Shown here: piece by piece, positions 24,241 through 36,100 of the stretch
Layout of the letters: each line of letters opens with the position of its first letter
Numbering within the stretch: position 1 is the stretch's first letter
Source: Halocafeteria seosinensis
Lineage: Eukaryota
Length of the DNA stretch: 64,000 nucleotides
Direction: 5' to 3'
Assembly: GCA_001687465.1 (NCBI GenBank)
Contig: LVLI01000158.1
Coordinates: 1-64,000 of the forward strand
Notes under the pieces: model-generated
The model's input: the letters and a program-made list of their open reading frames with translations, nothing else
Database searches by the model: none
Told to the model about the DNA's origin: nothing
Made by a program: the position numbers and the translations under genes

Positions 24241-24932
24241 ACATCCAAGGCACCGTTCATACAATGTGTGCTGGGCTATAGCTAGTATAATATTCTTGTT
24301 GCCTTCCGGTATGATGTAAGTGGTGCTGCTAATGGTACACTTAGCCATGGTTCCTCCCACACTACCATACACAGTCGATGGTGTGGGGCACGGTGTAATC
24401 TACCCAAGTTCACCAGTATATGTTGGCGATGGGCTGACCCCTCAACTATAGATACAACCAACATTATGCATCGAGGCTGTTATGGTATTTGGTAAAATAC
24501 TCAGCGAGGAACATACCGGTAGTTCCAATTCCCCTCTGGCACCCTCGATGGTGCTGCGGCCATGCCAGAAGGAATTCCTACCTTTGTAGCTTTGATACAA
24601 CGAATTTGTGTTGTACCAGCTCGCATGGGCTTCCGAGTTTATACATGTACAATCTTGCAGTGTAGTCGGACCGGATAGCTAGAAAATCTTCTTGTGTACT
24701 GCACTTCTGCACACAAACGGAACAACAGCGCGTGCGTTGACCTTCACATATCCTGGAACATGTTATTGTACCAGCACTTCAGCATACTATGGCGCATATG
24801 CGCTTGTATTTGTCAATTTCTTCCTCATACAAGTGAGTAACCGTGCAAACTGTGCCATTGACATACAGCCGACCATTCGACGGTATTCGGCTTCTATTCA
24901 GTTCGAAAAAGTACAAACACAGTACGATAAAG

Positions 24933-27786
24933 ATGACCTCCGCCAGTAGTCCGCCTGAATACACAAACACCGGATATGAAGAATCCCATCGCTCGTGTTG
25001 CAGTTGTTGGAGGGGGAATATGTGCCGACGCGGTGGGCTGGGCCATCTGCTGGTGGACGAGGAATCGGCCATCAACGGCAGCGTGCAGTCGACTCCGGAT
25101 GCAGAAGGAATCATCTTCCACGATTTCGTCTCGGGGGACTATGAATCGCATTCTGCAGTTGCCTATGAAAACGTTAATGACAATTCAGGCGAAGCTCGAG
25201 GACGGAAGAGCTCAATAGTTGTCACAAGTGTTCGAGACTTCAGCGTGAATGATGCACCACCAGAAATTCCCTTGGAAAATGTCCGCATAACACCCCCTCT
25301 GCCGGCGACAGGGGAATCCAAATATGGCAATCACTCGCAAAAAGGACTCGTGCAGCAGGATGAAAAAGTCGAACAAGCACCGCTGCTTTTATGGAGAGCT
25401 ATCGATTCTCCAAGAACTGTAGGCACAACATTGAGTGGCTACTTGGAACAAAGCGATGTCATTGTTGTTTCAGCAAAGTATACAGGTGACAGTTATGATA
25501 CAACAGTAGAAGTCTGCCGATGGTTAGAGGAGATACAAGATACGACGCTTAACAATACCGAGACCGGCGTGTTTCCCGTAGTCGCTGTCTTCATTTGGGG
25601 TGACGAACGTTATGCAACTGAATTAAAGTCAGGATATAAGCAGTATTGAATCCTATCTTGCACTCAAACAAGCCGTACATATCACCATAGCACCCCTAGA
25701 AGCAGCGGAAAATATATTCCTGAAAGCAATGCAAGGTGTTCTCAACAGCACGTTTTCTCTGAATATCGCACTGAAACTATTTTCCCAGAGCGACAGGCGC
25801 ACTCTTGGACAGAGTACTTCGATCAATGTATTGCGAGCTTCTAGTTGGGAATGTTTGAATGGATTTCCCAGCAAGTCTGTAGAACCGGCTCCAAAAGAGG
25901 AAGCAGCGGCGTTGGACTTTCGCAAAGATCTGAACCCCAGCGTTGCAGTTCGACCGACATATCTTCTTGCGGGTTTCGTCTCTGCCGCCACAGCTTCTTT
26001 GCCATGGTTTGCGGTCAGTTGGGCTCGTAATAAAATTGTTCTTTCAGCCTTGGATAGTTTATCGCAGATTTGTTGCCGCGATAAGGAGCCATTACGTCGT
26101 TTCACCATCGGGGGGCGACTGTGCTGCTTTCGGATCGCCCGAAAGGCATGGTGCCCGTTGCTTGGCATACTAAGACGACGCTCGTTCTGGGGAAAGCATA
26201 AATCATTTTATGCCGTAAGCTTGTATCCAGTGAAGCCCATTAGATGGGTATCGATTGGATTCTTCAGAGGCCTTGATCGACTCTTAAGGAGGCTTTTTGA
26301 ACACTGCGCTTCCTCGACCTCGGAAAGATCCAATCACATATCCGTTGACTTTCTGACAAGGATCCTCTACGGCATTCTTGCTGCAGGATGGTGGTACTTC
26401 TTCGCGTATACCCTTGATACGGGTGTAATTATAGGGAGAGTGATTGTACCGCTTAATGACGTCAAGGGATTCCCCGACAAACTCCTGGGCTATACATTAA
26501 ACTACCTTGTTTACCTAGCCGTGTTATCATGCTGCTATGCTGTGTGGTCAGCCAGCCAAGTCGTGTCTGGCACACACGTCATAGTAAGGCATTCTTTGTG
26601 CATGACGGTTACCGATAGCCCTCTCGGTTTGCCATATCATAGGTCAACATTGAGTAGCGGCGATGCATTGTCCAATGGCGAAAGTGGCCTAGCGAATCGA
26701 TGTGAAACCGTACTCACAACAGAGTGGCTGAAGAACTATTTGCGGCATATAAGCGATAAAGGGCGCAGGAGGGCGTTTTTGTGGTCTGCCGCCCTAGCTT
26801 TAATCGGGTTTTTCGTTCATATCGGAATAAAAGTACTTCTAATTTTGCTGGGGAAAGAGCATTCCGGGGCAAAAGTTGTCTTGTATCACTTTTCGGATAT
26901 TCCTGGTGTCAGGTTCCCCTTCTTTCTCGTCGTTGGGTCGCTATATGCCGGGATACTGTTCTTACTGGTATTTGTATCCCTTGACCCACTGTTGAAGCAG
27001 GACATCGCCCTGAGGGTTATGTCTGAAATGCTTGACCCCACTTGTCAGGAAAGGCAACGAAGAGAACTTCAGTCTTCCTCGGGTACAGACCCCCAAGAGA
27101 TGGACAACCCCGCACGATGTTGCGAACTTGCTTGTCCGCATACGAGTGCATGCCAATCGAGCAACCACCGCAAATGCAGATGCCGAGATGGTGATGGAGT
27201 GCCTTCGTTGGGTCGGTTGTCTTTGCGACACTCTCTTAATATATACGCATGGCTGCATACACGTCAGTGTTTGATCAAAGAGTTTCAGGACAACTTTGCC
27301 GACACGAAACATGTTTTGGTTACTTCAGTACTGTGTATTGGTGCGGGGCTCGGTTACTTCATCTTTGAGTGGATTCGGAAGTCATCGCTCTTTGCCAATA
27401 GCATTGTCTTGACTGATGCTCTATATGGTGCAGTCGTCGTGGTGTTTATTCTAAATTTTGCTTCGTCGATGGAGAATGAGAACCAGAGGCAAGCTCACCT
27501 AATGGGAGAAGCTATGCTGCGAATTCGGCAACATCAACTGCTCAGTGTTTGTTCCGAGAGATCGTCGGGCAATAGTCATGTGACAGACAGCGCTGAAGCA
27601 CGACAGCGAGAACTAGACTACAGTTACGATGCATATGCAGCTTCTCATCGCTTTATTGAACAGCATCCCGTGGTAGCGACGATTTTTGGAATAGAACTGT
27701 CCAAGAGGGCAGTAAGGTCTGCGATGGTGGGTGTAGGTGGTCTCGCCATTCCCGTGTTGAAAGCGGTTCTGAACGAAATTGCCTAA
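24933..27786 (+). pseudogene. Copy 2 of the multipass membrane family, frameshifted by an 8-nt deletion
   Basis: Full-length homology to copy 1 across two ORFs (24843-25649 and 25729-27786); GTTTGAGA (21750-21757 in copy 1) is missing after 25630. Confidence 0.75.
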
Positions 27787-28515
27787 CGGTAAAGCCACAC
27801 TATATTACACTGTTTTGGCTCATCGTAGCTGACAAGTGATCAATCATAGCGGCCACTGCGTACTATGCGATAGTCTACGACACATAACTCATTAGCCTTG
27901 CTAAAGCCAAAGAACTTGAGCTTATTCGTTCGTTCGTCGTCCCCGTCCTTGTAACCTGGAAGACCCGAGGATAAATCTCCGCCTATAATAAATAACTGGA
28001 GCTACACACTCAGAATACCAGACAATGGAAGCCATGAGCAAAATCCGATTCGAGTTAAGATCAGTACAACTTTGTACAGTACATACAATACAAAGCATTT
28101 ATTGAATATGAAGCCCTCCTAACATTCTTACCGAAGGAAACAACTGCTTAGGCAAAAGAACCCAACTTCGAATTCTCGGGCCACTGGGAACTGTCAACCC
28201 TGTCTTCCACAGTTACAAGACAAGACGTGTTCTCACTGTCAACAAACTTTCAAGTGGGAAGTAATTTAGAGTTTCAATAACAAAAATTTCGGTTTTGTAA
28301 TTTCACAGTAAAATCGATTACTTGTACCATCCGTTTTGATATTTGACTTGTTCCAAATGTTTCCTCTTCTAATTGAATCTGTCTTAGACTGTCAGACACC
28401 GTCCTGGTATTGTTCAAACACACACACATATGTGACAGATAGCCCACCAAAACATCAATGCCAGACGTTTTCACACTTAGTAGCACAGTAACGGAAACCC
28501 ACATGTTTTGGCTGT

Positions 28516-30228
28516 TCATTTTCTTCCCTTACCACGAGCTGACTTCTTGCGCGAATACAGGTGCTTATATCCACTCTTTGCGACACGCACCGATCGTTGG
28601 GCGCCTATTTTCGCCTTTTCAATGCGCTTCCCTTTGAAAGAGCGAGACTGATATAAGGTCTGTTGCGCTTGAGAATGACTATGTGTAGCTTTTGAGGAAG
28701 GGAGCCGTGAGGACGTCGAAGGACTAGCTGTAGACGAGGGACTGTTTGGTGAGGTCCGCTTACTCGGGAAAACAGTCGAAGAAGGGCTCGCGGTTAACAT
28801 TGAGGTTGGGCTTGTAGTGGCTGCTGGGATGTCTGGACCATCGGTCGAAGTAGTAACAGGGCCCGCATCCGTCTCCGGTATGGCGCGAAGTTGGGGGAAA
28901 TCGTCGGAATTTGGAATAAACCAGATTTCGTCAGACCAACTATAGGTGCCACTCGCATTTTTGTCACCCGCCGGCTGATAAAGTTGGCCTCGGATATCAG
29001 CCAGTTCACCTGAATTTCCCTTCTGTTCCAAAACACTAAGATCCCCCTGGGCAACAATACTCGTTGCGCTGGTCTGGCCATCCGTAGTATTGTGCACTGC
29101 GTGCTGCACCTTTACTTTCCCTGCTTCGGAATTTGTGTGAATCGCTCCGATCAAAAACGTTCTCCCCATGGATGATAACATATATACGTTGTTGATGCTT
29201 ACAGTTCCTTGATTCCTAGCGGTCTGTGATCCACATATCCCGCCGGTTTTCGTGGTGTGTAGTTTCACAAGCCCCGTTGTGTACGAATCCTTTATGTTGA
29301 CATTGCCACCAAATTGTGCAGCGCCCAAGCCAATAATGCCTCCTGCCTCATTGGCAGTGACGTCCCCACTGGTATAGCATTCAGAGACATGTACCATCCC
29401 ACTGTTTGCACCACAACAACCGACGATTCCCCCACTACCCACTCCCCCAATGTCACCCGTCGAAAAACATTGCGTTATATGCACGTTTCCACCTCTTGTA
29501 CCAGCATTATCCCCTGTGATTCCTCCCACGTCTTCAGCGAGCATATTGCCAGTGGAAGAACAGTTAAGGATATCGACAACGCCCCCATCTTCCCCAGCTG
29601 CGTGGCCAATAATTCCACCTGCTCCTTTACCGGTTACGATCCCTGTCGAGTATGAATGTTTGATCAGCACCCTGCCATTAAATCCACTGTTGGAAGCTGC
29701 TATGGCAGCACTGTCCTCTCCGGCTAACTCCCCATTAACGTTGGCACAATAATTGACTTCAAAAAACCGATGGTACGGTTGAACAATGAACGCCCCATAT
29801 TTAGCTGTTGATCCATTAACCGTATGAACATTTTTGATTAATGGGGCATGGGCAAACGATTGCACATCGTTACTAACTTTGAACAATCCGTCAAAATTTT
29901 CAACATTCGTCAAATTGATTGTAAAACCCCCACCATCAAATGTTTCGTTGGCCCGTAATTTCACATAAGCAGTATTATCGTAGACGTCTGCCTCCCAATG
30001 AATAGTACAAGTTTGGCGCAACACCGGTCGGGAAGGCTCGCTTTCATCAAACTCGATGCAGTCCGTCTCTTTACTTCGTAGGTCAAGGCCGGCAGCACAA
30101 AGGGCAGAGTAAAAAACAAATGCAACACCAACCAGTAGTACAATCGCTTTGTTCGCTTTCGTTTGTTTGACAGCTCTTCGGGACGAACAATGAACATCCT
30201 TTGTGCCACAGATTTCGTAGGTCAGCAT
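28516..30228 (-). CDS. Secreted or surface GLUG-motif (beta-helix) repeat protein with a Ser/Thr-rich tail
   Basis: Hydrophobic N-terminal segment; repeats such as NCSSTGNM...VGGITG, QCFSTGDIG..SGGIVG, ECYTSGDV..AGGIIG; WSDEIW...DFPQL closing motif; S/T/P-rich linker. Confidence 0.8.
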   Translation of the reverse strand: MLTYEICGTKDVHCSSRRAVKQTKANKAIVLLVGVAFVFYSALCAAGLDLRSKETDCIEFDESEPSRPVLRQTCTIHWEADVYDNTAYVKLRANETFDGGGFTINLTNVENFDGLFKVSNDVQSFAHAPLIKNVHTVNGSTAKYGAFIVQPYHRFFEVNYCANVNGELAGEDSAAIAASNSGFNGRVLIKHSYSTGIVTGKGAGGIIGHAAGEDGGVVDILNCSSTGNMLAEDVGGITGDNAGTRGGNVHITQCFSTGDIGGVGSGGIVGCCGANSGMVHVSECYTSGDVTANEAGGIIGLGAAQFGGNVNIKDSYTTGLVKLHTTKTGGICGSQTARNQGTVSINNVYMLSSMGRTFLIGAIHTNSEAGKVKVQHAVHNTTDGQTSATSIVAQGDLSVLEQKGNSGELADIRGQLYQPAGDKNASGTYSWSDEIWFIPNSDDFPQLRAIPETDAGPVTTSTDGPDIPAATTSPTSMLTASPSSTVFPSKRTSPNSPSSTASPSTSSRLPSSKATHSHSQAQQTLYQSRSFKGKRIEKAKIGAQRSVRVAKSGYKHLYSRKKSARGKGRK

Positions 30229-31093
30229 GTTGAACGTGTGACTGATGGCCCAGTGGCTCACTGAGTCCAGAGAACGGCGGAACGGGGGAAACGACACCCA
30301 CAAAAAAGAAGTGTGCAAACAAAAGCAGGCAAATCAATCATGCACGCTTAAGTGTGTACACAAAATTGCATTCATACGCGATATCTGTGAGCCCGATACA
30401 TAGATGGTATTTCGGTTCAAACCGACAATAAAAAACAGAACATTGCCAACGATACCAGCCGGTTGAAGAGGTCCCACTAGTACCGAATAAATGATTGTTC
30501 GAGGGAAACAGAAGGTTTCCCCCCGGAGGAAGAAACCAAGGCTCTTGCGCAAACCGCATCCCACTCCATCCAAGCTGTTTTGAGCTAGAACAATTCGAGG
30601 AAAGCCGCAGGTGTTCCGAAACATGCTGCTTCTTTCCGTTTTCTAACATGAGGAACCGGTTTTCCAGGCGAGCGTCCGCGAGCTAAGAGAAAACGAAATT
30701 CCTCATTTTCCTAGTTAATTGTAATCGTTCAACATCGACCTACATAAAAAATTGATCAATCGTCTCCAAATCACCCCACCCGTTTCACCATGTGTGTGGC
30801 GAAAACAGGAAGCTGGGTGCAGCTGCAGGTGCATGATGAAATGTTGTAAGTAAACCTCGGACTACCATAGTATATTCCTAGCGTGCGAAACTTAGTTGCT
30901 CAGCATAATACCTGCCTTTGACACATTGGATTGTTTCCTGACTCCCGCGTGGCTGCAGGTGGTGGGTGGTACAATTCCTCCCAACTTTGGAGCTCAAGTT
31001 GAAGTTGAGGCGACTCCCACGACACATACATACAGGATGGTTTACTATCGTATTTGTCCTCTTCCACGTCGTTCCTAGTGTTATTTGGACACA

Positions 31094-33157
31094 ATGGCGA
31101 GTATTATTCCAGGAGGAGGTGAGGAGAGAAAAACAGCTGAAGATGGAGTAGGAGGAGGAGGAGGAGGGGCTTCCTCCTCCCGAGAGCTCTTTCCGGTGTA
31201 TTTCGTGCCCAAGAAGAGGAACCAGGGCAAGATTAAGACGCGGCATGTTCTCTTTCGATGGCGCCAAGACAAGGGGACTCTCCACGTCGTGAATGAAGCC
31301 GCGGAAGAGGCAGCGCGGCAAGTGTTCAAAGAGGCCTTGGAGGAAGGGAATTCTCTCTCTGACTGCTTGGAGTATATACACGTCAAACCGAATAAACCGG
31401 AATTGTTTGTGACATTTCGGACCCAGTCCCAAGCTGATACGCTCGTGGAGAAGCTCCATTGTCAGCATGTGAGTCCGTTTTGTGGTCAAGGGAAATTGGC
31501 CACCTGCACTTATGTGACCGCTAAATATGCCACGTCGGTGGAAGCAGCCAAATCGAATCTGGAAGATACGGCACTATCACAAAATGTATTCGTTCCGGGG
31601 CTATACACGTGCGAAGAGTTTATCACTCCCGAAGAAGAGCAACAGCTCTTGCAGAAACTTGGTCAAGCCGAATGGGACACTTCCATGGCGTCGCGCAGAG
31701 TCCAACACTATGGACTGAAATTCAACTATGTGAAACGAGCGATAGACCTTGATGATACTTCCGTGCCTCCGTTAAGCGGGCTGATGAAAACTATAGGAGA
31801 AAGGATAAAAGAGAAAGGCTACAGTCCTCATGAATTCAACCAGGTCACAGTTAACGAGTATCCGCCGGGCGCGGGTATTTCGCCTCATGTTGATACAAAG
31901 GAAGTTTTTGACGAGTGCATCGCATCCGTGACTCTCCATTCCCATGGTGTTATGGAATTTAGGAACGTAGTCAATGGCGAGAACCAAGGGCATACCGAGA
32001 ATCATTCCCACACAATGGCGTCTGGATACGAAAGAGCATTTCAAGTGGCTAAACTGGGAGTCCCGGGAGCACGTGTGAGGCAAGAAGCAGAAAACTCCGG
32101 CGATTCTTTGGAGACGATGCATAAAGATATAGTGAATGGGCAAAATGGCGAAAACAAGTGTAATGATACGGCGGAATTAGGTTCGAACTACAAACAGCAA
32201 CCAATGAATCGGAGAAGTCTAGTGGCGATGACGGGAGATGCCCGGTACAAATGGACGCATGCAATAAGCGCCCGGAAACGTGACTTGATCGATGGCACTA
32301 TACACGATCGTGGAACGCGAGTTTCCTTGACATACCGTAAAGTGATCCAACAATCAAATGAAGCGGCATATACTCCCCACAAGCTATTTTCTCCTGCACT
32401 CCAGTCCAACTCTGTTAGCCATGATTCTGAACGGACAGCAAGTGATGACGATCTGAAAACTCCCATTGTTGAAGCAGAGCACGTACACAAACTTTACGAT
32501 GCTATTGCTCCCCATTTTAGCCATACCCGCCATTCTGGCTGGCCTTCAGTGAACAAGCTGGTGGAGGAGCAACCTCCTGGGAGTCTGGTTGCAGATGTTG
32601 GCTGTGGAAACGGGAAATATCTGGGATTAAATCCCTCCATTATGTGCATCGGTTCGGATAAAAGCGTCGGTCTAACGGCGATATGTGGAGAACGAGGTTT
32701 TGAAGCATTTACCTCGGATTGTCTTAAAGTACCATGGAGAAGCAACACTGCAGATTTGACTCTCTGTATAGCTGTCATGCACCATCTGTCTACTGTCCGT
32801 CGACGAAGACAGTGCATTGAAGAACTTGCACGCATTACTTGCGCAGGAGGACGTATAATGATTCAGGCTTGGGCATTTGAACAATCACCTACATCTCGTC
32901 GTCAGTTTGTCGAGCAGGATGTCATGGTCCCTTGGAATCTAGATCGGAAATTAGTCTCGGTTTCTGCTGAAGAAATTTCTAGGTCGCATGCAGTGGTGGA
33001 TGAAGAGCGGGACAAAATTGTGTTTCAAAGATATTGTCATGTTTACAGACAAGGGGAAATTGAAGGATTGATAGAAGAGTTAGATTGTCAACTGATCATT
33101 GAGCGTAGCTGGTGGGAAAAAGGTAATTGGTGTATAGTTGCTACAAAGCAGAGCTAA
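31094..33157 (+). CDS. ALKBH8: tRNA wobble-uridine methyltransferase/dioxygenase (RRM-like + AlkB + Trm9 methyltransferase)
   Basis: RRVQHYG, NQVTVNEYPPGAGISPHVD, WTHAI, RVSLTYR; HVHKLYDAIAPHFSHTR, DVGCGNGKY, IAVMHHLST, QDVMVPW, RYCHVYRQGE, GNWC. Confidence 0.95.
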   Translation: MASIIPGGGEERKTAEDGVGGGGGGASSSRELFPVYFVPKKRNQGKIKTRHVLFRWRQDKGTLHVVNEAAEEAARQVFKEALEEGNSLSDCLEYIHVKPNKPELFVTFRTQSQADTLVEKLHCQHVSPFCGQGKLATCTYVTAKYATSVEAAKSNLEDTALSQNVFVPGLYTCEEFITPEEEQQLLQKLGQAEWDTSMASRRVQHYGLKFNYVKRAIDLDDTSVPPLSGLMKTIGERIKEKGYSPHEFNQVTVNEYPPGAGISPHVDTKEVFDECIASVTLHSHGVMEFRNVVNGENQGHTENHSHTMASGYERAFQVAKLGVPGARVRQEAENSGDSLETMHKDIVNGQNGENKCNDTAELGSNYKQQPMNRRSLVAMTGDARYKWTHAISARKRDLIDGTIHDRGTRVSLTYRKVIQQSNEAAYTPHKLFSPALQSNSVSHDSERTASDDDLKTPIVEAEHVHKLYDAIAPHFSHTRHSGWPSVNKLVEEQPPGSLVADVGCGNGKYLGLNPSIMCIGSDKSVGLTAICGERGFEAFTSDCLKVPWRSNTADLTLCIAVMHHLSTVRRRRQCIEELARITCAGGRIMIQAWAFEQSPTSRRQFVEQDVMVPWNLDRKLVSVSAEEISRSHAVVDEERDKIVFQRYCHVYRQGEIEGLIEELDCQLIIERSWWEKGNWCIVATKQS

Positions 33158-33187
33158 GCAATGGCACATTACATGCGGAGGACGAAA

Positions 33188-36100
33188 TCAGGACTCGGGA
33201 CCAACATTGATGGACGAACCACTAAATGTGCGCAGCAGGCTACCAGAACGCCTAGAGTTGGACTCTTCAGGCTGTAATTGTTCCGAGGTAACCGCAGCAG
33301 CGTTGCTACTGTAGTCCTCAGAGGACTCTAAAGTATGGGCTTCAACCACTGAATCAGTTTCAGTGCTTGTCGGGTGAGCATTGCACGAAGGACCTATGCT
33401 GCTACTGTCAGCAGCCACCGCCTCAGTATGTACTCTTTCTTTTGATTCTTCCGAAGACCTATCAAGGCTTTCTCGTCGATACAATTCTTCCCCTTGGAGT
33501 TGTCTCATCAACCTGTGATGCGTTGGAACCTGTGTACCACGTTCGAAGGATACGGATGATATGTAATTGCTCTTTGTGTTCCTCCGCGTCTGTGAAGACG
33601 TATTATTCGAGTCGCTTCCGTGCGAAGAACGCCGTTCCGGTGATGATGATCCGGAATTCGGCGAAAGAGTAGCAGTGGATTCTGAAGAACTACCACTAGT
33701 TCCATACTCCTCTTCTTTTACAGCATCACTGGGAGTTTGGTTAGCAGATGATACTGTTGTACCTTGGTGAGTTGAGTTAGACGGTTGTACTCCTAGTGTG
33801 CTGCCTGTTATCAGTATGGACCCGCGTTGATGGCGGCTGGCTTTTCTATGTAGTGGTCCTGATTCTTGCTCATTCTGTCCCTTTGACACAGACGGGTCTT
33901 CGCTGGAGCTGTTACTAGAGATAGTTTCATTTTGTCTCACCGTTGTACCCTGCAGGGTAGCAGTCCTATTTATGGGATCCGCCATAATTGACTGCCGCTT
34001 GACTCTGTTTCTGTTGGGCTTCTCCGAGGTCGAGGCGCTCTGGCGGTGAGAAGAAAAGACATGAAAATTGGAATACGTGGAACTAGTACGAGATGGCATT
34101 GTAAAGAAGTGGCTACCTTCTTGCAAACCATCCATACTGGGTGGTTTTAGAGCTTCTGTATCCACGCTAGTGTCGTTCTCTGTTTGTGAACGCGTGCGTG
34201 AGTTGTCGTCGTTAGTGCCGTAGTAGTTCGCCTTCGGAGATCCGGAGTCCGACAGCGCGCGGGCTTCACGCGGGGAGTCGGTTATTGAGCTCGCGAATAT
34301 CTCATTTGCTATTGGTCCCCACCTTAATGTGGAATCGTCACCACAAACAATAAGCCATTTTGAAAGGATTCTCCACAAGAATGGTCGAAGAAGTATCAGA
34401 TTCATTTGATACTTAGTAACTTCTGAGACGGTGTGGTGCCTTGGTTTTTGCAAGTGGAGAGGAGCGAGGGAATCCGTGGAGGTTTGAATGAATGCTTTTA
34501 GCGGATCACATTGCAAGAACTCGTGACTTTCGCCACTAGCAGAATGTAATACTTTAGGACCAGGGACTAATTCCTTGATGGTGCTATCTTGCATCGCTGA
34601 ATCCATAAGCGCCACCAAAGATGCCCATGGGATAGAATCTGGATTGATCCGGAAACAACCATCACCCTGAGTTTCCGTCGATTGACCTAGCTGCCCACTA
34701 AACGATGAGCAATAGTTAATGAGAATACCAAGGCACTCTCGAAAAATATCGGCAGCGGAGCAGCGAAAAGGTATTATTTCGTCGACGTGAGTGCAATTGT
34801 CAGTCAAGCCGGGACTAGAGACCGCAGAATCACTCGATATGAGTGTAGTACCGTCTTGGAAATATTCATCCTCATCTTGCCAAATTCCATCCCCAAGTTC
34901 ACCACATTCTAATACACCACGAATATCCTCTACCGGATTTCTCATTACGGCACTCAATCGCCTCGTGCGGGTACTAGCATTCTTTTCTTGTGTTTCCGCT
35001 GTACTCCTGTCTACGCTGACACCTTTGAGACGGCGCGGCGTTGCTTCACTCGAGCTGAACCGATCTGGTGCCCTTCCAGGTTTATGTCTCGTTACATGCT
35101 CCTCATGAACACTTTTCTTATCCCCATTAAAAGAGCCTTGTTTACGCGGCGAAGTAAAAAACGATGACGATGCAGATGCTTTCTTTTGAGAACCCCGCGC
35201 AGAATGAATAGAGTTGTCTGTTCCAGCGCCACTCACAGTGATCGAGGTCGAGTTATTTTGCGTGTATCCATTTTGCTTGTAGCTTGCTCTTTGCAAATGC
35301 AGTCGAACAACAAAATCAAACAATCTGATTTCGTGAGCATCCTCCAGTTCTATACCTAATTCTTTTCGTAATGGTTTTTCGATTTCAGGAAACGCAGGGA
35401 GCAAAATGTGCTCACGAATGCACGATGAAAAGTCCTCCGTCTCTCCCGAGCAGTCAGTTTGATAAGCATCTACAATATTTTTGCCGTAACTCAAGGAAAA
35501 CGCTCCCGGAATCCTTACGCGGATTACGTTATCCTTTCTGTTGCGCAGCTGTAAATCAAAAGCTTTCTGACTTGCCTCGGGCAAAAGCCCACTATGAGCC
35601 GCATCTTCTGCAAACGTTGTGAACGCTTGAGTATACATGAAGGGCTTTAAAAATTTTGCAGTTTCTGCTGCCCTCGATTTCAGGAACTCATCTTCATTGA
35701 ACTCAACCTTAAAGGTTACCCGTGGAGCATCGTCCTCCCCTCTGTTTTCCCACCATTCTCTGTAACTCTTGTCGTCCACACAGAGCATGTCTTCCACTGC
35801 TGTTGAAGTGAATGTTGAGATGAGTATGCGGTTTTCAGACTTTGACGGATCTACCCACTCCACATTTGCTTTGCCAGCAGCGATTCCTTTCTTCCCAACG
35901 CGGTTCATCCACGATTTCATACCGGCTACCTTGGCTTTCCACTTGCCCTGGGGCGGTATACCACCGCGAACACCGTTGTTGTTGCTTGTGCTTCGTTGCT
36001 TCGGGGGACTCCGATACATATTAGTCACCTTTGCTGGTATTTCGGCTCTAACAGTAAGGAAATCTCGATAGCCTTGCAATAAGTTTGCAAACATGTCTAC

